Notes: generated from the sequence alone by a model not told the origin. A DNA stretch of 64,000 nt from Opitutia bacterium (GCA_947478395.1 CANJVR010000001.1:863754-927753); one strand, 5' to 3'; counted from the first letter of the stretch, positions 49,121 through 59,308 are shown. Numbers and translations: made by a program.

Positions 49121-52100
49121 TTAGAAGCCAAATGTGGCCGTGAACGAGACCTTGCGCGGATCCGCCTGGATGAAGTTGCTCAAGACCTGCATGCGCGGGT
49201 TGGAACCAGCCGCGCCAGCCGTCAAATTGGGCGTGAGCTGGTTGGCGTTGATCACACTGTAGGCGCCGCCACCTTGGTTCTGACCATACAGGGGGCTAGC
49301 ATCGTTGAGCAGATTAGTGACGTTGATCTGGAAACGGGTATCGATCTTCCCGTAACGGTGACGATAATTGAATCCGATCGTAGACGACCACGTTGAGTCC
49401 ACCCAGAGGTAATCGTAGGCCGCCTGCGCGGTCTGCAACACGCTCGGGCTAGTGGTGCCAAACTTGATCTGAGCGTCACGGGATCCGGCCTTCGAGTGGC
49501 CGCGATAGTTCACGCCGCCGGTGATGCCGAAGCCCTTCAGCGCGCCTTCGTTGAACCGGTAGCTCCCCGCCACGTTGATGCGGTGGCGAATCGATCCGTT
49601 TGAAAGCGTGCCAGGCGTGAAACCGTTGAAGCTGTTTTCAATCGCCTGGATGCCAGTTGCGATCAAAGCCGGATCGATGATGGTCTTGCCGTTGATCACT
49701 TGACCGGGCTGCGCGGCCGCGCCGGCTTTAAACTCAGCCAGATGGTCCGCGTAATATTTCCGACGACCGATGCTGTCGGAAACCGTCTCCACGATCGGAT
49801 GGGCGTAATTCATCGTGAACGTGACGTTGCGCGAGGGATTCGCGGTGAGCTCGACTTCCCATCCCGACAATTTCCGGGACGAGACGTCCTGCAAGTTGCC
49901 GAAGGCGGTCGAGCTGATGAGCGCGGGGTCGGTGTAACCCAAGTTCGTGAAAATGCTTTGGAAGTTACCCGCACTGCCAAAGCCGCTCAGGATGTTGTTA
50001 TTATCCGTCTGGTAGTAGCTGATCGTGCCGTAAGCGACACCGTTGGGAATCGAGTAACGGAGACCGACGTCCTTGGTTTTCGCATAGGTCAGCGGAGGAG
50101 TGCTGCCGTCGATCAAGCCGTTGGTGCTGCGCGAAACCTGCTCGAAGTTAGACGAATAGTTGGCAACCAAACCCAAGGGCTTGAGATAGCTCCAGCTTTC
50201 CGGAAAGGGATAAGCCACGAAACCCGCGCTTTCGCTATTTTGGTAAACATTGCGCCATCCGGTAGCCCCGATCACGCCGGCATTACCCAGGATGGGGTCA
50301 TAGTTAGCGTCGAAGGCGATGCCTTCGCGCGCCTTCAGCTTCACGTTGTCGCGGCGGAAACTGCCGGTCAGCGCGAGGCGGTCGTTGAAAAACGTCGTCT
50401 GGGAAACGAGCTGCGCATAACGCAGGGTACGCGACCGGCGGGCGTTGTTGGCCGGAGTGGTCTTGACCTCGCGGAAGGTGAATCCGGGGAGATTTGGCGG
50501 CACAACAGACGCCATGTACCGCTGGGCTTGATCCCAATAAATCCGGTAGCGGAGCTGATTCGCGGCGTTCTCCAAATCGGCCTGCAATGGATTATTAGCC
50601 CAGCGCCAAGACTTCTCGTACATCTCGAAAATGCCCTGACGCCAACCGTAGTTCAGTTGAAACCTTTGCTTCATATCGAACCAGGTCGGTACGGCAAAAC
50701 TGTAGGACCACGTATTACGAAGTTCGTGCACGCTGTCCTGCTGGTACTGACGAGACTGGCTGCCAAAATCGGAGTATGGTTTCCCGAAGTTCGGGTTCGG
50801 CAGCCCGCCGGGCAGCAATTTATTCACATCGATACGGTAATCGCCGGGCAGCTGGCCGGCGTTGATCTGCACCGGATCGCCGTCGCTGGTGATGTAGGCC
50901 AGCTGCGTGAAGAGGGTAGCCGTGAAGCGGTGATCGATATGAATATTACGGGCATTCAAATCGCGGTCGGCGATGATGTCGGCCGGTCCAAGGTTGAAAC
51001 GCTTTTCCACCCCGCGCTTGAAGTTTGGCAGGTCAGAACGGCCATCCCAAGGAATCTGGTAACCCAAGCCGAGCGACTGATACTGATTGCCTTTGTAATT
51101 CAGCAAGCCGCCGGTGCCAAAATTATAGACGAGATAATCGTTGGTCGCACTGATCTGGCCCAAGCCAAACGTGCCGGGACCGGTAATAGCCGAGTTGTCT
51201 TCGTTGAACCGGGTACCATTCCAGATTGAGGCCTGCTCCGCGTAGGTCTTGCGGTATTGAATATTCCATTCGCCACTCCGCTCGAATTCCGCGCTCAGCA
51301 CGGTATTGGGCGTGAGTTTCACCGCGGTATTGATCGTAAATCCGTTCTGCTTGTTACTCGTGCCGTTCTGGTAGCCTTTGATGTTTTGATGCAGCAAGCT
51401 GACCACGACCGCCCACTGATCGACGCCGTAGTTCGTAACGAAGGTACCACGGTAACCGCCGTAGCTGTCCACCCGGGTCCCGAGTTCTGAAAACTTGCTA
51501 TTGAATCGGGGCTGGCGACTCGAGCTGCCTTGAACACCGCCCGCACCACCGTCGCCGAACAGCGTGGTGCTGGGACCACGGGAGAATTCGAAGCGTTCGG
51601 AATTGTAACTATCCGCAATGAAATACTGGAGGGCACCGTTGCGGCTGGGAAAGTTAGCGCCGTTACCAGCACCACGGAAATTCGCCTGAAAGCGATTGCC
51701 ACCAAAGGGGCCCGACTCGCCGCCCTGCGGCGGATCCATGTTCAGCGTCCAAGCGGCGGCCTGATTCATGTCGGTCAGATCGAAGTCCTGGAGAAACTCC
51801 TTGGTCATAACCGAAATCGACGCCGGCGTGATCGCCAGTGGCGTATCGGCGCGGCCACCGCTAAGGGTGTTACCGGCGGCGTAACCGCGATCCGTGCTGG
51901 TGCTGACCTGGAAAGGCGTCAGCACAACGGTATCGGATTTGGCGCCTTCGGCGGCCTGCATCGCAGAGGTCTCGGCAACATCAAGCTTGCCGTCCTTATT
52001 CAGGTCGTACTTGGCCAGCTGAGCGGGTGTGAGCGCAGGGGCGGATTGGGCGTGAAGCAGTGCGGACGCTGCGACGAAACTGAGGACGCGGGCAATGCGG

Positions 52101-52138
52101 CGGCAGGCTAACGCCGTCGCGGGGTATGGTGGGTTCAT
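49121..52138 (-). CDS. TonB-dependent receptor
   Basis: Signal peptide; VVLTPFQV TonB-box-like segment; plug motifs TPASISVMT and ERFEFSRGPSTTLFG; C-terminal FTATFGF. Confidence 0.88.
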   Translation of the reverse strand: MNPPYPATALACRRIARVLSFVAASALLHAQSAPALTPAQLAKYDLNKDGKLDVAETSAMQAAEGAKSDTVVLTPFQVSTSTDRGYAAGNTLSGGRADTPLAITPASISVMTKEFLQDFDLTDMNQAAAWTLNMDPPQGGESGPFGGNRFQANFRGAGNGANFPSRNGALQYFIADSYNSERFEFSRGPSTTLFGDGGAGGVQGSSSRQPRFNSKFSELGTRVDSYGGYRGTFVTNYGVDQWAVVVSLLHQNIKGYQNGTSNKQNGFTINTAVKLTPNTVLSAEFERSGEWNIQYRKTYAEQASIWNGTRFNEDNSAITGPGTFGLGQISATNDYLVYNFGTGGLLNYKGNQYQSLGLGYQIPWDGRSDLPNFKRGVEKRFNLGPADIIADRDLNARNIHIDHRFTATLFTQLAYITSDGDPVQINAGQLPGDYRIDVNKLLPGGLPNPNFGKPYSDFGSQSRQYQQDSVHELRNTWSYSFAVPTWFDMKQRFQLNYGWRQGIFEMYEKSWRWANNPLQADLENAANQLRYRIYWDQAQRYMASVVPPNLPGFTFREVKTTPANNARRSRTLRYAQLVSQTTFFNDRLALTGSFRRDNVKLKAREGIAFDANYDPILGNAGVIGATGWRNVYQNSESAGFVAYPFPESWSYLKPLGLVANYSSNFEQVSRSTNGLIDGSTPPLTYAKTKDVGLRYSIPNGVAYGTISYYQTDNNNILSGFGSAGNFQSIFTNLGYTDPALISSTAFGNLQDVSSRKLSGWEVELTANPSRNVTFTMNYAHPIVETVSDSIGRRKYYADHLAEFKAGAAAQPGQVINGKTIIDPALIATGIQAIENSFNGFTPGTLSNGSIRHRINVAGSYRFNEGALKGFGITGGVNYRGHSKAGSRDAQIKFGTTSPSVLQTAQAAYDYLWVDSTWSSTIGFNYRHRYGKIDTRFQINVTNLLNDASPLYGQNQGGGAYSVINANQLTPNLTAGAAGSNPRMQVLSNFIQADPRKVSFTATFGF

Positions 52139-52420
52139 AGTGTAGGGTTAAAAACCGAATGAACTAAAATTTGAAACTGCCATCGCTCATGGTCCGCAAC
52201 CAAATTGTAACGTTGGAAGGGGAAAGTGTAACCAGCCACAATCCGGCTTTTCTTAACCGCGGACGCAGGACGCAAATAGACTTAGGCCCGCCGAATTCTG
52301 CCCGCGGAGCACGCCGAACCCATAAAAAATGGGCCGATAGAATTTCATTCCGTGTCGTCCGTGCATTCCACGGCCATTTTGTGGGCGCGGGGTCCGGGAT
52401 TGCCGGACCCACGGTTTGGA

Positions 52421-52448
52421 TTGGGGCGACGTGTCGCCGCACTCCAAA
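52421..52448. repeat. Single REP-like palindrome
   Basis: GGCGAC-GT-GTCGCC followed by GCACTCCAAA, resembling intergenic repeats I recall from PVC genomes. Single copy in this window. Confidence 0.4.
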
Positions 52449-52492
52449 GTGCTTCAGCGCTCAACCCACCGGACTATTTCGACGCACTCGCG

Positions 52493-53557
52493 CTACGGGA
52501 CTTTTTTCGCAAAAGCGGCCGAATCCTGCGCCGCTTTCGTTTCAACGCCGGGTTTACGCAGGAAACCCAGATCGCGGTACCAGTCCATAAAGCGGTCCTG
52601 CCACGTACCGAACGGAATGCCGGCGCGATCCTTCAACCCGTCGGCATGGATGCCATTTCCGTAAATGTGCATCTCCAAATTCGGCGCGCCGAACTTGAGC
52701 ATCGCGGAAAAATACTGGTCGGCCCACACCGCGTGGACTTTGTCGCCCGATCCAGCACAAGCGATGAACGTCGGCGGAACGTTACCGGGAATTTTAAGCG
52801 TCGGATTCTGGGTGAACGGCGTGGGTCCAGGATAGAGCAGACCCACGAAATCCGGACGCGCGGAAATATTGGCCAGTGGATCGGCCGCATCGGCGTTGGC
52901 CTTGTCGTAGTCGTCGTAAAACACCGCCGTCCAAGCGGCGAGTTCGGCCCCCGCCGAAAATCCCATGATCCCGATCTTCGCCGGATCGAGTTTCCACTCG
53001 GCCGCGTGCGCCCGGACCAATCGCACCGCCTGGAGCGCATCGATCATCGCGTCTTTCTGGAGATTATAGCCGTCGCTGCGGAGCCGGTTGCGCAGGATAA
53101 TCGTGTTAACGCCGTAATTATAAAACCACGGCACGAAATCGCCCGCCTCCGTGCCGACGTTGAGCGTGCTGTGTCCGCCACCAGCGACGAGGATAACCGC
53201 CGCGCCGGTGTTGATCCGGCTGTCGACTGTGTGCACTTCGATCGACGGATTGTGAATGCTCACGATGCTTTGAATCCGGCCCGGGCTGCCGCCGGTCATC
53301 GTGTATTTTTCCGCGTCGCGAATTTTATCGCGGTTTAACCGCGTGGAATCAGGCGCGTAAAGCGGGAGAACGATGCCGCCGGGCAAGATCGCTTGGGGAG
53401 CATAAGCCGCGTCCGTCGGCACGCCGGGCGCTGGCACTCCGAGTGGCGCGGACCCGGATTTGGCGGCGGCACCCGCAGGCGCGCCAGCTTGGGCCAAAGC
53501 CGAAGCCAGAACGAGTCGCGTCAATATCCAGGACAGCAGTAGAGATCGAATTTTCAC
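52493..53557 (-). CDS. Alpha/beta hydrolase (BD-FAE/acetylesterase-like)
   Basis: LVAGGGH, DALQAVRLVR, IGIMGFSAGA, RPDF and GIHA. Probable GTG start at 53557. Confidence 0.85.
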   Translation of the reverse strand: MKIRSLLLSWILTRLVLASALAQAGAPAGAAAKSGSAPLGVPAPGVPTDAAYAPQAILPGGIVLPLYAPDSTRLNRDKIRDAEKYTMTGGSPGRIQSIVSIHNPSIEVHTVDSRINTGAAVILVAGGGHSTLNVGTEAGDFVPWFYNYGVNTIILRNRLRSDGYNLQKDAMIDALQAVRLVRAHAAEWKLDPAKIGIMGFSAGAELAAWTAVFYDDYDKANADAADPLANISARPDFVGLLYPGPTPFTQNPTLKIPGNVPPTFIACAGSGDKVHAVWADQYFSAMLKFGAPNLEMHIYGNGIHADGLKDRAGIPFGTWQDRFMDWYRDLGFLRKPGVETKAAQDSAAFAKKVP

Positions 53558-53748
53558 GGGGCGGTTGGGGTTGGCACGCGCCAAATGGGGAGCGCGCAGG
53601 GGATGGGGAACTATCCGGTCAGCGCGGGCAGACTCATGAACGCGGTCGGAAGCGTCCACTTTTTTCGAGGCCAAAAAATTTCCTGACCGCAATCGCAGCG
53701 GCCAAACTTCGCGGCCTCCAGGTGATTTTTATTTTTGATTTTTCCGCC

Positions 53749-54197
53749 ATGAAAATTCTGCCCCGGCTCTAGCGGTCAACGCCCAGATAGCTTCCACCGC
53801 AAAACCGCCCGCGCCCGCCGCGTCGACCCCGGCCCGCGCGCTTCTCGTATCCGGCGTTTACGAATGGGAAAAATTCGCGGTGACCCCAAACGCCAACGGC
53901 GTGCGACGCGCGGTGTTCGACGGGCCCACCACCAGGCTCGACCAGATCCACCGTCACATCACCACGCTCAATCCTGGCGAGAAAAGCGCCGAACCCAGCA
54001 AACATTTACAGGAGGCCGTGATCATCGTGAAAGAGGGCTTGGTCGAAGCGAGCTGGGACGGCCAATCCAAGACCGGCGATCCCGGCTCGGTGATTTTCGA
54101 CGCGTCGGGCGCCACGACTTTCTGGCGCAATGCGGGCACCGCGCCCTGCACCTACATCGTGATTTATTACTCCCCGCGTCTCACGCCGAAGAGTTGA
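53749..54197 (+). pseudogene. Cupin-domain protein with a frameshifted N-terminus
   Basis: The ATG at 53749 reads MKILPRL*. The cupin frame (LAVNAQ...SGVYEWEK...HITTLNPG...IIVKEG...GSVIF) is a different frame, bounded upstream by TGA at 53736, and contains no ATG. Confidence 0.6.
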
Positions 54198-54222
54198 AGC
54201 ACGGCCTAAAATCGCGCCCGCC

Positions 54223-55248
54223 TTACGTCGGAGACGGATTCCGTTCGTACTGCGCCTGGTGCCAGTAGGGATAAATTTTCTGCCGCGCGCTCGCCGCGTC
54301 GAGCAGCGCCAGTTGCGCGGCCGAGAGGGACCAGCCCGTGGCACCCAGATTCTGTTTTAACTGCGCTTCGTCGCGCGCGCCGATGATCACGGTCGACACG
54401 GTCGGCCGTTGCAGGACCCAGTTGATCGCGATCTGCGCGACGGATTTTCCCGTGTCCTGGGCGATGAGGTCGAGGGCATCGACAATGCGAAACACCTGCT
54501 CTTCCTCCACCGGTGGCGCGACCTTCGCCGTGCCCGGGTCATTCAGCCGGCTCACCGGCGGCGCCGGCTGACCCCGACGGATTTTCCCGCCCAGCCGGCC
54601 CATGCCCAGCGGACTCCACACCACCGCACCCACGCCTTGATCGAGAGCGAGCGGCATCAACTCCCACTCATACTCGCGTCCCACCAGAGAATAATACGCC
54701 TGGTGCGCAACGTAGCGCGCCAGCCCGCGGTGCTCGGAAACCGCCAGCGACTTCATGAGATGCCAGCCCGAGAAATTCGAGCAACCGAGGTACCGCACCT
54801 TGCCCGCGCGCACCAGATCGTCGAGCGCCTGCAACGCCTCGTCGACCGGCGTCAACGCGTCGAATCCGTGCAGTTGATAAAGATCGATCGTATCGGTGCC
54901 GAGCCGGCGCAGGCTCCCCTCGCACGCTTGCACGAGATGGTGGCGCGATGAACCCACGTCGTTCGGCCCCGCGCCCACCCGAAAGGCGGCTTTGGTCGAG
55001 AGGAGCACGCGATCGCGCCGACCTTTGATCGCCGCGCCCAGAATCTCCTCGGCGGCTCCGAGGGAATACATGTCAGCCGAGTCGAACATCGTCACCCCGG
55101 CGTCGAGGCAAAGATCCACGAGTCGCGTGGCCTCACGTACCCCCAGCCCACCCCACGCCTCAAATCCAGGCCCGCGCCCAAATGTCGCCGTGCCGAGCGT
55201 GAGCACCGGCACTTTGAACCCCGATCGTCCGAGCAGTCTGTGTTCCAT
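54223..55248 (-). CDS. Aldo/keto reductase
   Basis: LGTATFG, FDSADMYS, STK, SLRRLGTDTIDLYQLH, GKVRYLGCSN and WSPL. Confidence 0.95.
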   Translation of the reverse strand: MEHRLLGRSGFKVPVLTLGTATFGRGPGFEAWGGLGVREATRLVDLCLDAGVTMFDSADMYSLGAAEEILGAAIKGRRDRVLLSTKAAFRVGAGPNDVGSSRHHLVQACEGSLRRLGTDTIDLYQLHGFDALTPVDEALQALDDLVRAGKVRYLGCSNFSGWHLMKSLAVSEHRGLARYVAHQAYYSLVGREYEWELMPLALDQGVGAVVWSPLGMGRLGGKIRRGQPAPPVSRLNDPGTAKVAPPVEEEQVFRIVDALDLIAQDTGKSVAQIAINWVLQRPTVSTVIIGARDEAQLKQNLGATGWSLSAAQLALLDAASARQKIYPYWHQAQYERNPSPT

Positions 55249-55501
55249 AGATTGAAAAAAGGTAAGTCCCCTTGTTGACCAGACCAGCGCCGTTTGTCGC
55301 CGCCGAAATCCGGCCCCGGTTGGCCACGCGCCACGCGGCCTTCCCCGTCTCCCGGAAACCAGCGCCGGGCCCTCGACCTACGCCGTTGTTTCGTGGGCCG
55401 TTATCCCCTTGGCCTCAGCCGAACTTCGCCGTGAGATCTCACGCGATGACCAAGGCCCGCGCTTGGCTCATCGCCTCGCCCCTCTCCCCACCATTTCCAA
55501 C

Positions 55502-56959
55502 ATGAAATACCTCCGCTTTCTTCTGCTCGGTGCGGCCATGTCCCTCGCGCGCGCCGAACTTCATCTGCCGCGAATTTTCGGCGACCACATGGTGCTTCAA
55601 ACCGGCCAACCCGTGCCGGTGTGGGGCTGGGCCGACCCGGGCGAGGCCGTGACGGTCCGTTTCGCCGGCCAGGAAAAACGCGTCACCGCCGGCGCCGATG
55701 GCCGCTGGCTGGCTCGGCTCGATGCGCTCGCCGTCTCCGCCCTGCCCGCCGAGCTCACCGTGATCGCACGCGAAACGAAAATTTTCTCCGACGTTTTGGT
55801 CGGCGAGGTCTGGCTCTGCTCCGGCCAGTCGAACATGGAAAAACCACTCGGCGAACAGCGCGGCCAAAAATCCACGCTCAATGCCGAGGAGGAAATCCGC
55901 GCCGCCGATTTCCCCGCCATCCGGATGTTCAAAGTCACCAAGGCCAAAGCGTCCGCCCCCGCTCGCGATCTGCAGGGCGAATGGACGCCGTGCCGGCCCG
56001 ACACGATCGATAAAATCAAATTTTCCGCCGCCGGATATTTTTTTGGCCGGAAGATTCACCGCGAACTTGGCGTGCCCGTCGGGTTGATCGATTCCACTTG
56101 GGGCGGTACCCGCATCGAAGTGTGGACCGCGCCGGCGGGATTCGCCGCGATCCCCTCGCTGGCGGAATTCACCGCGGCGCTGAAGACACCCGGAGCCAAG
56201 GCCCAGGGTTCCGAACCCGCCTCGCTCTACTACGCCATGATCCATCCACTGGTACCTTTCGCGCTGCGCGGAGCGCTGTGGTATCAGGGTGAGACCAACA
56301 TCATCGACCTCGAAGAGGGCATGGCCTACGCGGACAAGATGAAAGCGCTGATCGAGGGCTGGCGCGGCGTGTGGCAGCAGGAGTTTTCGTTCTACTACGT
56401 GCAGATCGCGCCGCATCTCTATCACGTTATTCGGCCCGCGCAGGTCGTCTCACCCGAGTCCACGCCGCGGCTGTGGGAAGCGCAGACCGCCGTGCAGTCG
56501 ATCGTGCCACGCACCGGCATGATTGTGACGACCGACATCGTGGACGATCTCGCCGACATCCACCCGCGAAACAAAAAAGACGTGGGTGAACGGCTGGCGC
56601 GCTGGGCGCTGACCAAAGATTACGGACGGAAAGATATCGAGGTATCCGGACCGGTCTTTCAGCGCATGGACGTTTCCGCGGGACGCGCGATTCTCCACTT
56701 CGATCACGTCGGCGGCGGCTTGGTCGCCAGCGACGGCAAGCCGCTCAACTGGTTCGCCGTCGCGGGCGCGGATGGGAAATTTTTCTCCGCGACCGCGGCG
56801 ATCGAGAACGACACCGTGATCGTGCGCAGCGAACGCGTCCCGGTTCCCGCCGTCGTTCATTTTGCGTGGGACGAGGCCGCGCGCCCAAATTTCGCCAACC
56901 AAGCCGGGCTGCCCGCGGTGCCGTTTCGCACCGACAATCCATTCGCGACAAAACGCTAA
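55502..56959 (+). CDS. Sialate O-acetylesterase (SASA/SGNH family), secreted
   Basis: FGDHMVLQ, GEVWLCSGQSNM, WGGT, WYQGE, DIHP and LPAVPFRTD. Confidence 0.92.
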   Translation: MKYLRFLLLGAAMSLARAELHLPRIFGDHMVLQTGQPVPVWGWADPGEAVTVRFAGQEKRVTAGADGRWLARLDALAVSALPAELTVIARETKIFSDVLVGEVWLCSGQSNMEKPLGEQRGQKSTLNAEEEIRAADFPAIRMFKVTKAKASAPARDLQGEWTPCRPDTIDKIKFSAAGYFFGRKIHRELGVPVGLIDSTWGGTRIEVWTAPAGFAAIPSLAEFTAALKTPGAKAQGSEPASLYYAMIHPLVPFALRGALWYQGETNIIDLEEGMAYADKMKALIEGWRGVWQQEFSFYYVQIAPHLYHVIRPAQVVSPESTPRLWEAQTAVQSIVPRTGMIVTTDIVDDLADIHPRNKKDVGERLARWALTKDYGRKDIEVSGPVFQRMDVSAGRAILHFDHVGGGLVASDGKPLNWFAVAGADGKFFSATAAIENDTVIVRSERVPVPAVVHFAWDEAARPNFANQAGLPAVPFRTDNPFATKR

Positions 56960-57289
56960 ATCAACAAGCGCACGGTCTTAACAAATTCAGCTAATTTCCC
57001 GGCCGGGAATGCAGCCGGAGACCCATTATTCCCGGGGAACGGTCCCGGTGATGCTGTCACCGCGTAATTACTTCCGGGTTTCTTCCGCGTCCTTGAGGTT
57101 TCCCGTGGGTGCATGCTCAGAATTATTTGCCCTAGGAACCCACCGAGGAAGCGGTGATGGCGGTAAAGAATCCGATCCCTTCCGCGCCGATCTTTCGTTT
57201 CCCAGATCGGTCGGACCGTCTTGACGGGAATGCACTCGTTACCGGAAAAAATCGCCCCTAGAACCAGCTTCACCCCCAAAACCGCGCCC

Positions 57290-58714
57290 ATGAATCAACC
57301 TTCCAGCCGCCGTGAGTTCTTCCAAACCAGTGCGAAAATCGCCGGCGGTGTCGCGCTCAGCGCTTCGCTCGCCCGCCTCTCCGCGCAGCCGGCTGGAGGT
57401 GCGAAACGCGTGTTCGACGTCCGCGATTTTGGCGCCGTGGGCGACGGCCAGACGCTTGATACCGCGGCAATCCAGCGCGCGATTGATGCCGCCGCGGCGG
57501 CCGAGCGCGGCGCGCGGGTTTTGCTCCGGGGCGGAAAACACTATCTGAGCGGCGCCTTGGAACTGAAGGCGGGCATCGAATTTCATCTCGCGGACGACGC
57601 CGAGCTGCTCGTGAGCACCGACCCCGCGCATTTTTCGGGGCAAGCCATGCTCACCGCCCGCGACGCCCATGGCCTGCGGCTCACCGGCACCGGCACCATC
57701 AACGGCCGGTCGCGCGAGTTCATGACCCATTTCGACGAGGCCGAGGAGTGGTGGCGGCCCAAACCGTTTCGGCCGCGCCTCGCCGTGCTTAACGGCTGCA
57801 AGGATCTTGAAGTACGGGACCTCACGTTTCGCGAGGCGCCGAGCTGGACGCTGCACTTGATGGGCTGCGAACACGTCCTCATCGACCGCGTCAATATTCG
57901 CAACCAGCTCGATGTGCCGAATTGCGACGGCATCGATCCCGATCACTGCCGCGACGTGGAAATCAAAAATTGCAACATCGTCTGCGGTGACGACGCGATC
58001 GTGATCAAGGCCACGCGCCAGGGCGCGATGTACGGCCCGTCTTCGAAAATTCGCGTGAGCGACTGCGTGTTGGAGACCCAGGACGCCGGCGTGAAGATCG
58101 GCACCGAGACGGTGCAGGACATCAGCGACGTGCGCTTCGAACGCTGTGAAATCAAGACCTGCTGCCGCGGCATCTGCATCCAGTTGCGCGACGAAGGCAA
58201 CGTGTTCGACATTGATTTCCGCGACATCAAATTCACGTCGCGCTACTTCTCCGCGCCGTGGTGGGGACGCGGCGAAGCGATTTCCCTCACCGCCATTCCG
58301 CGCGCCCCCGGCGGGAAAGTGGGCACCATCCGGGACGTGAGACTCACCAACATCACGGCTCGCTCGGAAAACACCGCCCGCATCAACGGCTCGGCCGAAA
58401 GCCGGATTCGCGATGTGCGCATGGAGAACGTCGACCTCACGCTCGATCGCTGGACGAAATATCCCGGCCGCGTGTGGGACAACCGTCCAACGACAGCGAT
58501 AGCCGCGCTGGAGGAACACGACACGCCAGCCATCAGCGTGCGCCACGCGGACAACGTCGTTTTTAAAAATTGCAAAGTAGCGTGGGGTAAAAACGCGCCG
58601 GATTATTTCACGCACGCCCTTGAAATCGAAAACGCCACGGCGGTCGATTACGCGGGATTAAAGGGTGCAGCGGCGCACCCAGCGCGCGACCAGGCGGTCG
58701 TCACGAAAGCCTGA
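57290..58714 (+). CDS. Glycoside hydrolase family 28 (polygalacturonase-like), Tat-exported
   Basis: SRREFF signal; FGAVGDG...AIQRAID; NCDGID; GDDAIVIK; KIGTE. Confidence 0.9.
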   Translation: MNQPSSRREFFQTSAKIAGGVALSASLARLSAQPAGGAKRVFDVRDFGAVGDGQTLDTAAIQRAIDAAAAAERGARVLLRGGKHYLSGALELKAGIEFHLADDAELLVSTDPAHFSGQAMLTARDAHGLRLTGTGTINGRSREFMTHFDEAEEWWRPKPFRPRLAVLNGCKDLEVRDLTFREAPSWTLHLMGCEHVLIDRVNIRNQLDVPNCDGIDPDHCRDVEIKNCNIVCGDDAIVIKATRQGAMYGPSSKIRVSDCVLETQDAGVKIGTETVQDISDVRFERCEIKTCCRGICIQLRDEGNVFDIDFRDIKFTSRYFSAPWWGRGEAISLTAIPRAPGGKVGTIRDVRLTNITARSENTARINGSAESRIRDVRMENVDLTLDRWTKYPGRVWDNRPTTAIAALEEHDTPAISVRHADNVVFKNCKVAWGKNAPDYFTHALEIENATAVDYAGLKGAAAHPARDQAVVTKA

Positions 58715-58849
58715 GAGTAGCGCAAAAGGCGGCTGGGGGAGACGCCCGGCTTTCACGCGCCTTGCTTTCCGGGCGAGGTGACGCATGGTCGTCCTCCCGT
58801 TCTTTGATTGGCTCGCGCCCAATCGAAACTTTCAGTCCCAAATCATTTT

Positions 58850-59202
58850 GGGGGTGTTCTGGATTCGACCCTTGGTTGGCGTGCGTTGCTGCCGGTCGAG
58901 AGTGAAGGTCTCTCGCTAATACCTCTTCAAAAAAACAACAGGCAACTACGAAGAAATGCCCCTGGCTGCTTAATTAACAGCCACGTTTGTCCACTGACAC
59001 CTGCTGGGTGAAACAAACGTCGACAGCAGGTATAGTGCGTCGGGCGACTCGCGGTCGACGCATCGTATCTTCAACCGGGAGTTGGCTGGGAGCTGAGCGC
59101 GCGTCAACGCATAGCCCTGGCGAGATCAAGATGACGCTATACCGGTAGACGCGGCGTGCAAAGGCCAGGGGCACGTGGGTTCAACTCCCACCACCTCCAC
59201 CA
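58850..59202 (+). ncRNA. ssrA: tmRNA
   Basis: 5' GGGGGTGTTCTGGATTCGAC and 3' GTGGGTTCAACTCCCACCACCTCCACCA. The acceptor stem GGGGGTG/CACCTCC has the G3.U alanine pair and an encoded CCA. The tag frame 58941-58973 reads GNYEEMPLAA*. Confidence 0.97.
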
Positions 59203-59210
59203 TTTTCAGG

Positions 59211-59239
59211 CCCCATCGTGCGCGTTCGCGCCGATGGGG
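59211..59239 (+). terminator. Hairpin downstream of ssrA
   Basis: CCCCATCG...CGATGGGG stem with a TTCG-capped inner stem; weak U tract. Confidence 0.5.
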
Positions 59240-59308
59240 TTACGCCGCGCGCCCGGCGAGTGACCAGCGATAAGTGCGCGCGCGGGTCGCGGGCGACGGC
59301 GGAGAGGC

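Noticed and set aside
53571..53590. Sigma-54 promoter (TTGGCACG)
   Set aside because: The -12 TTGC element is missing at the required spacing.
53749..53772. Stop-codon readthrough (pyrrolysine) at the TAG of MKILPRL*
   Set aside because: The cupin sequence continues in a different frame, and the same frame hits another TAG five codons later.
57030..57185. 6S RNA
   Set aside because: The outer closing stem and symmetric central bubble could not be built convincingly.
103..58615. Many long antisense or alternate-frame ORFs (e.g. 6606-8936, 33442-35256, 45600-47237, 49700-51229, 57239-58615)
   Set aside because: They are shadows of recognisable genes on the opposite strand, expected in high-GC DNA, and show no family motifs.
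59203..59308. Integrated element or prophage at the tmRNA 3' end
   Set aside because: No integrase and no duplicated att sequence are visible in the window; kept only as a testable possibility.
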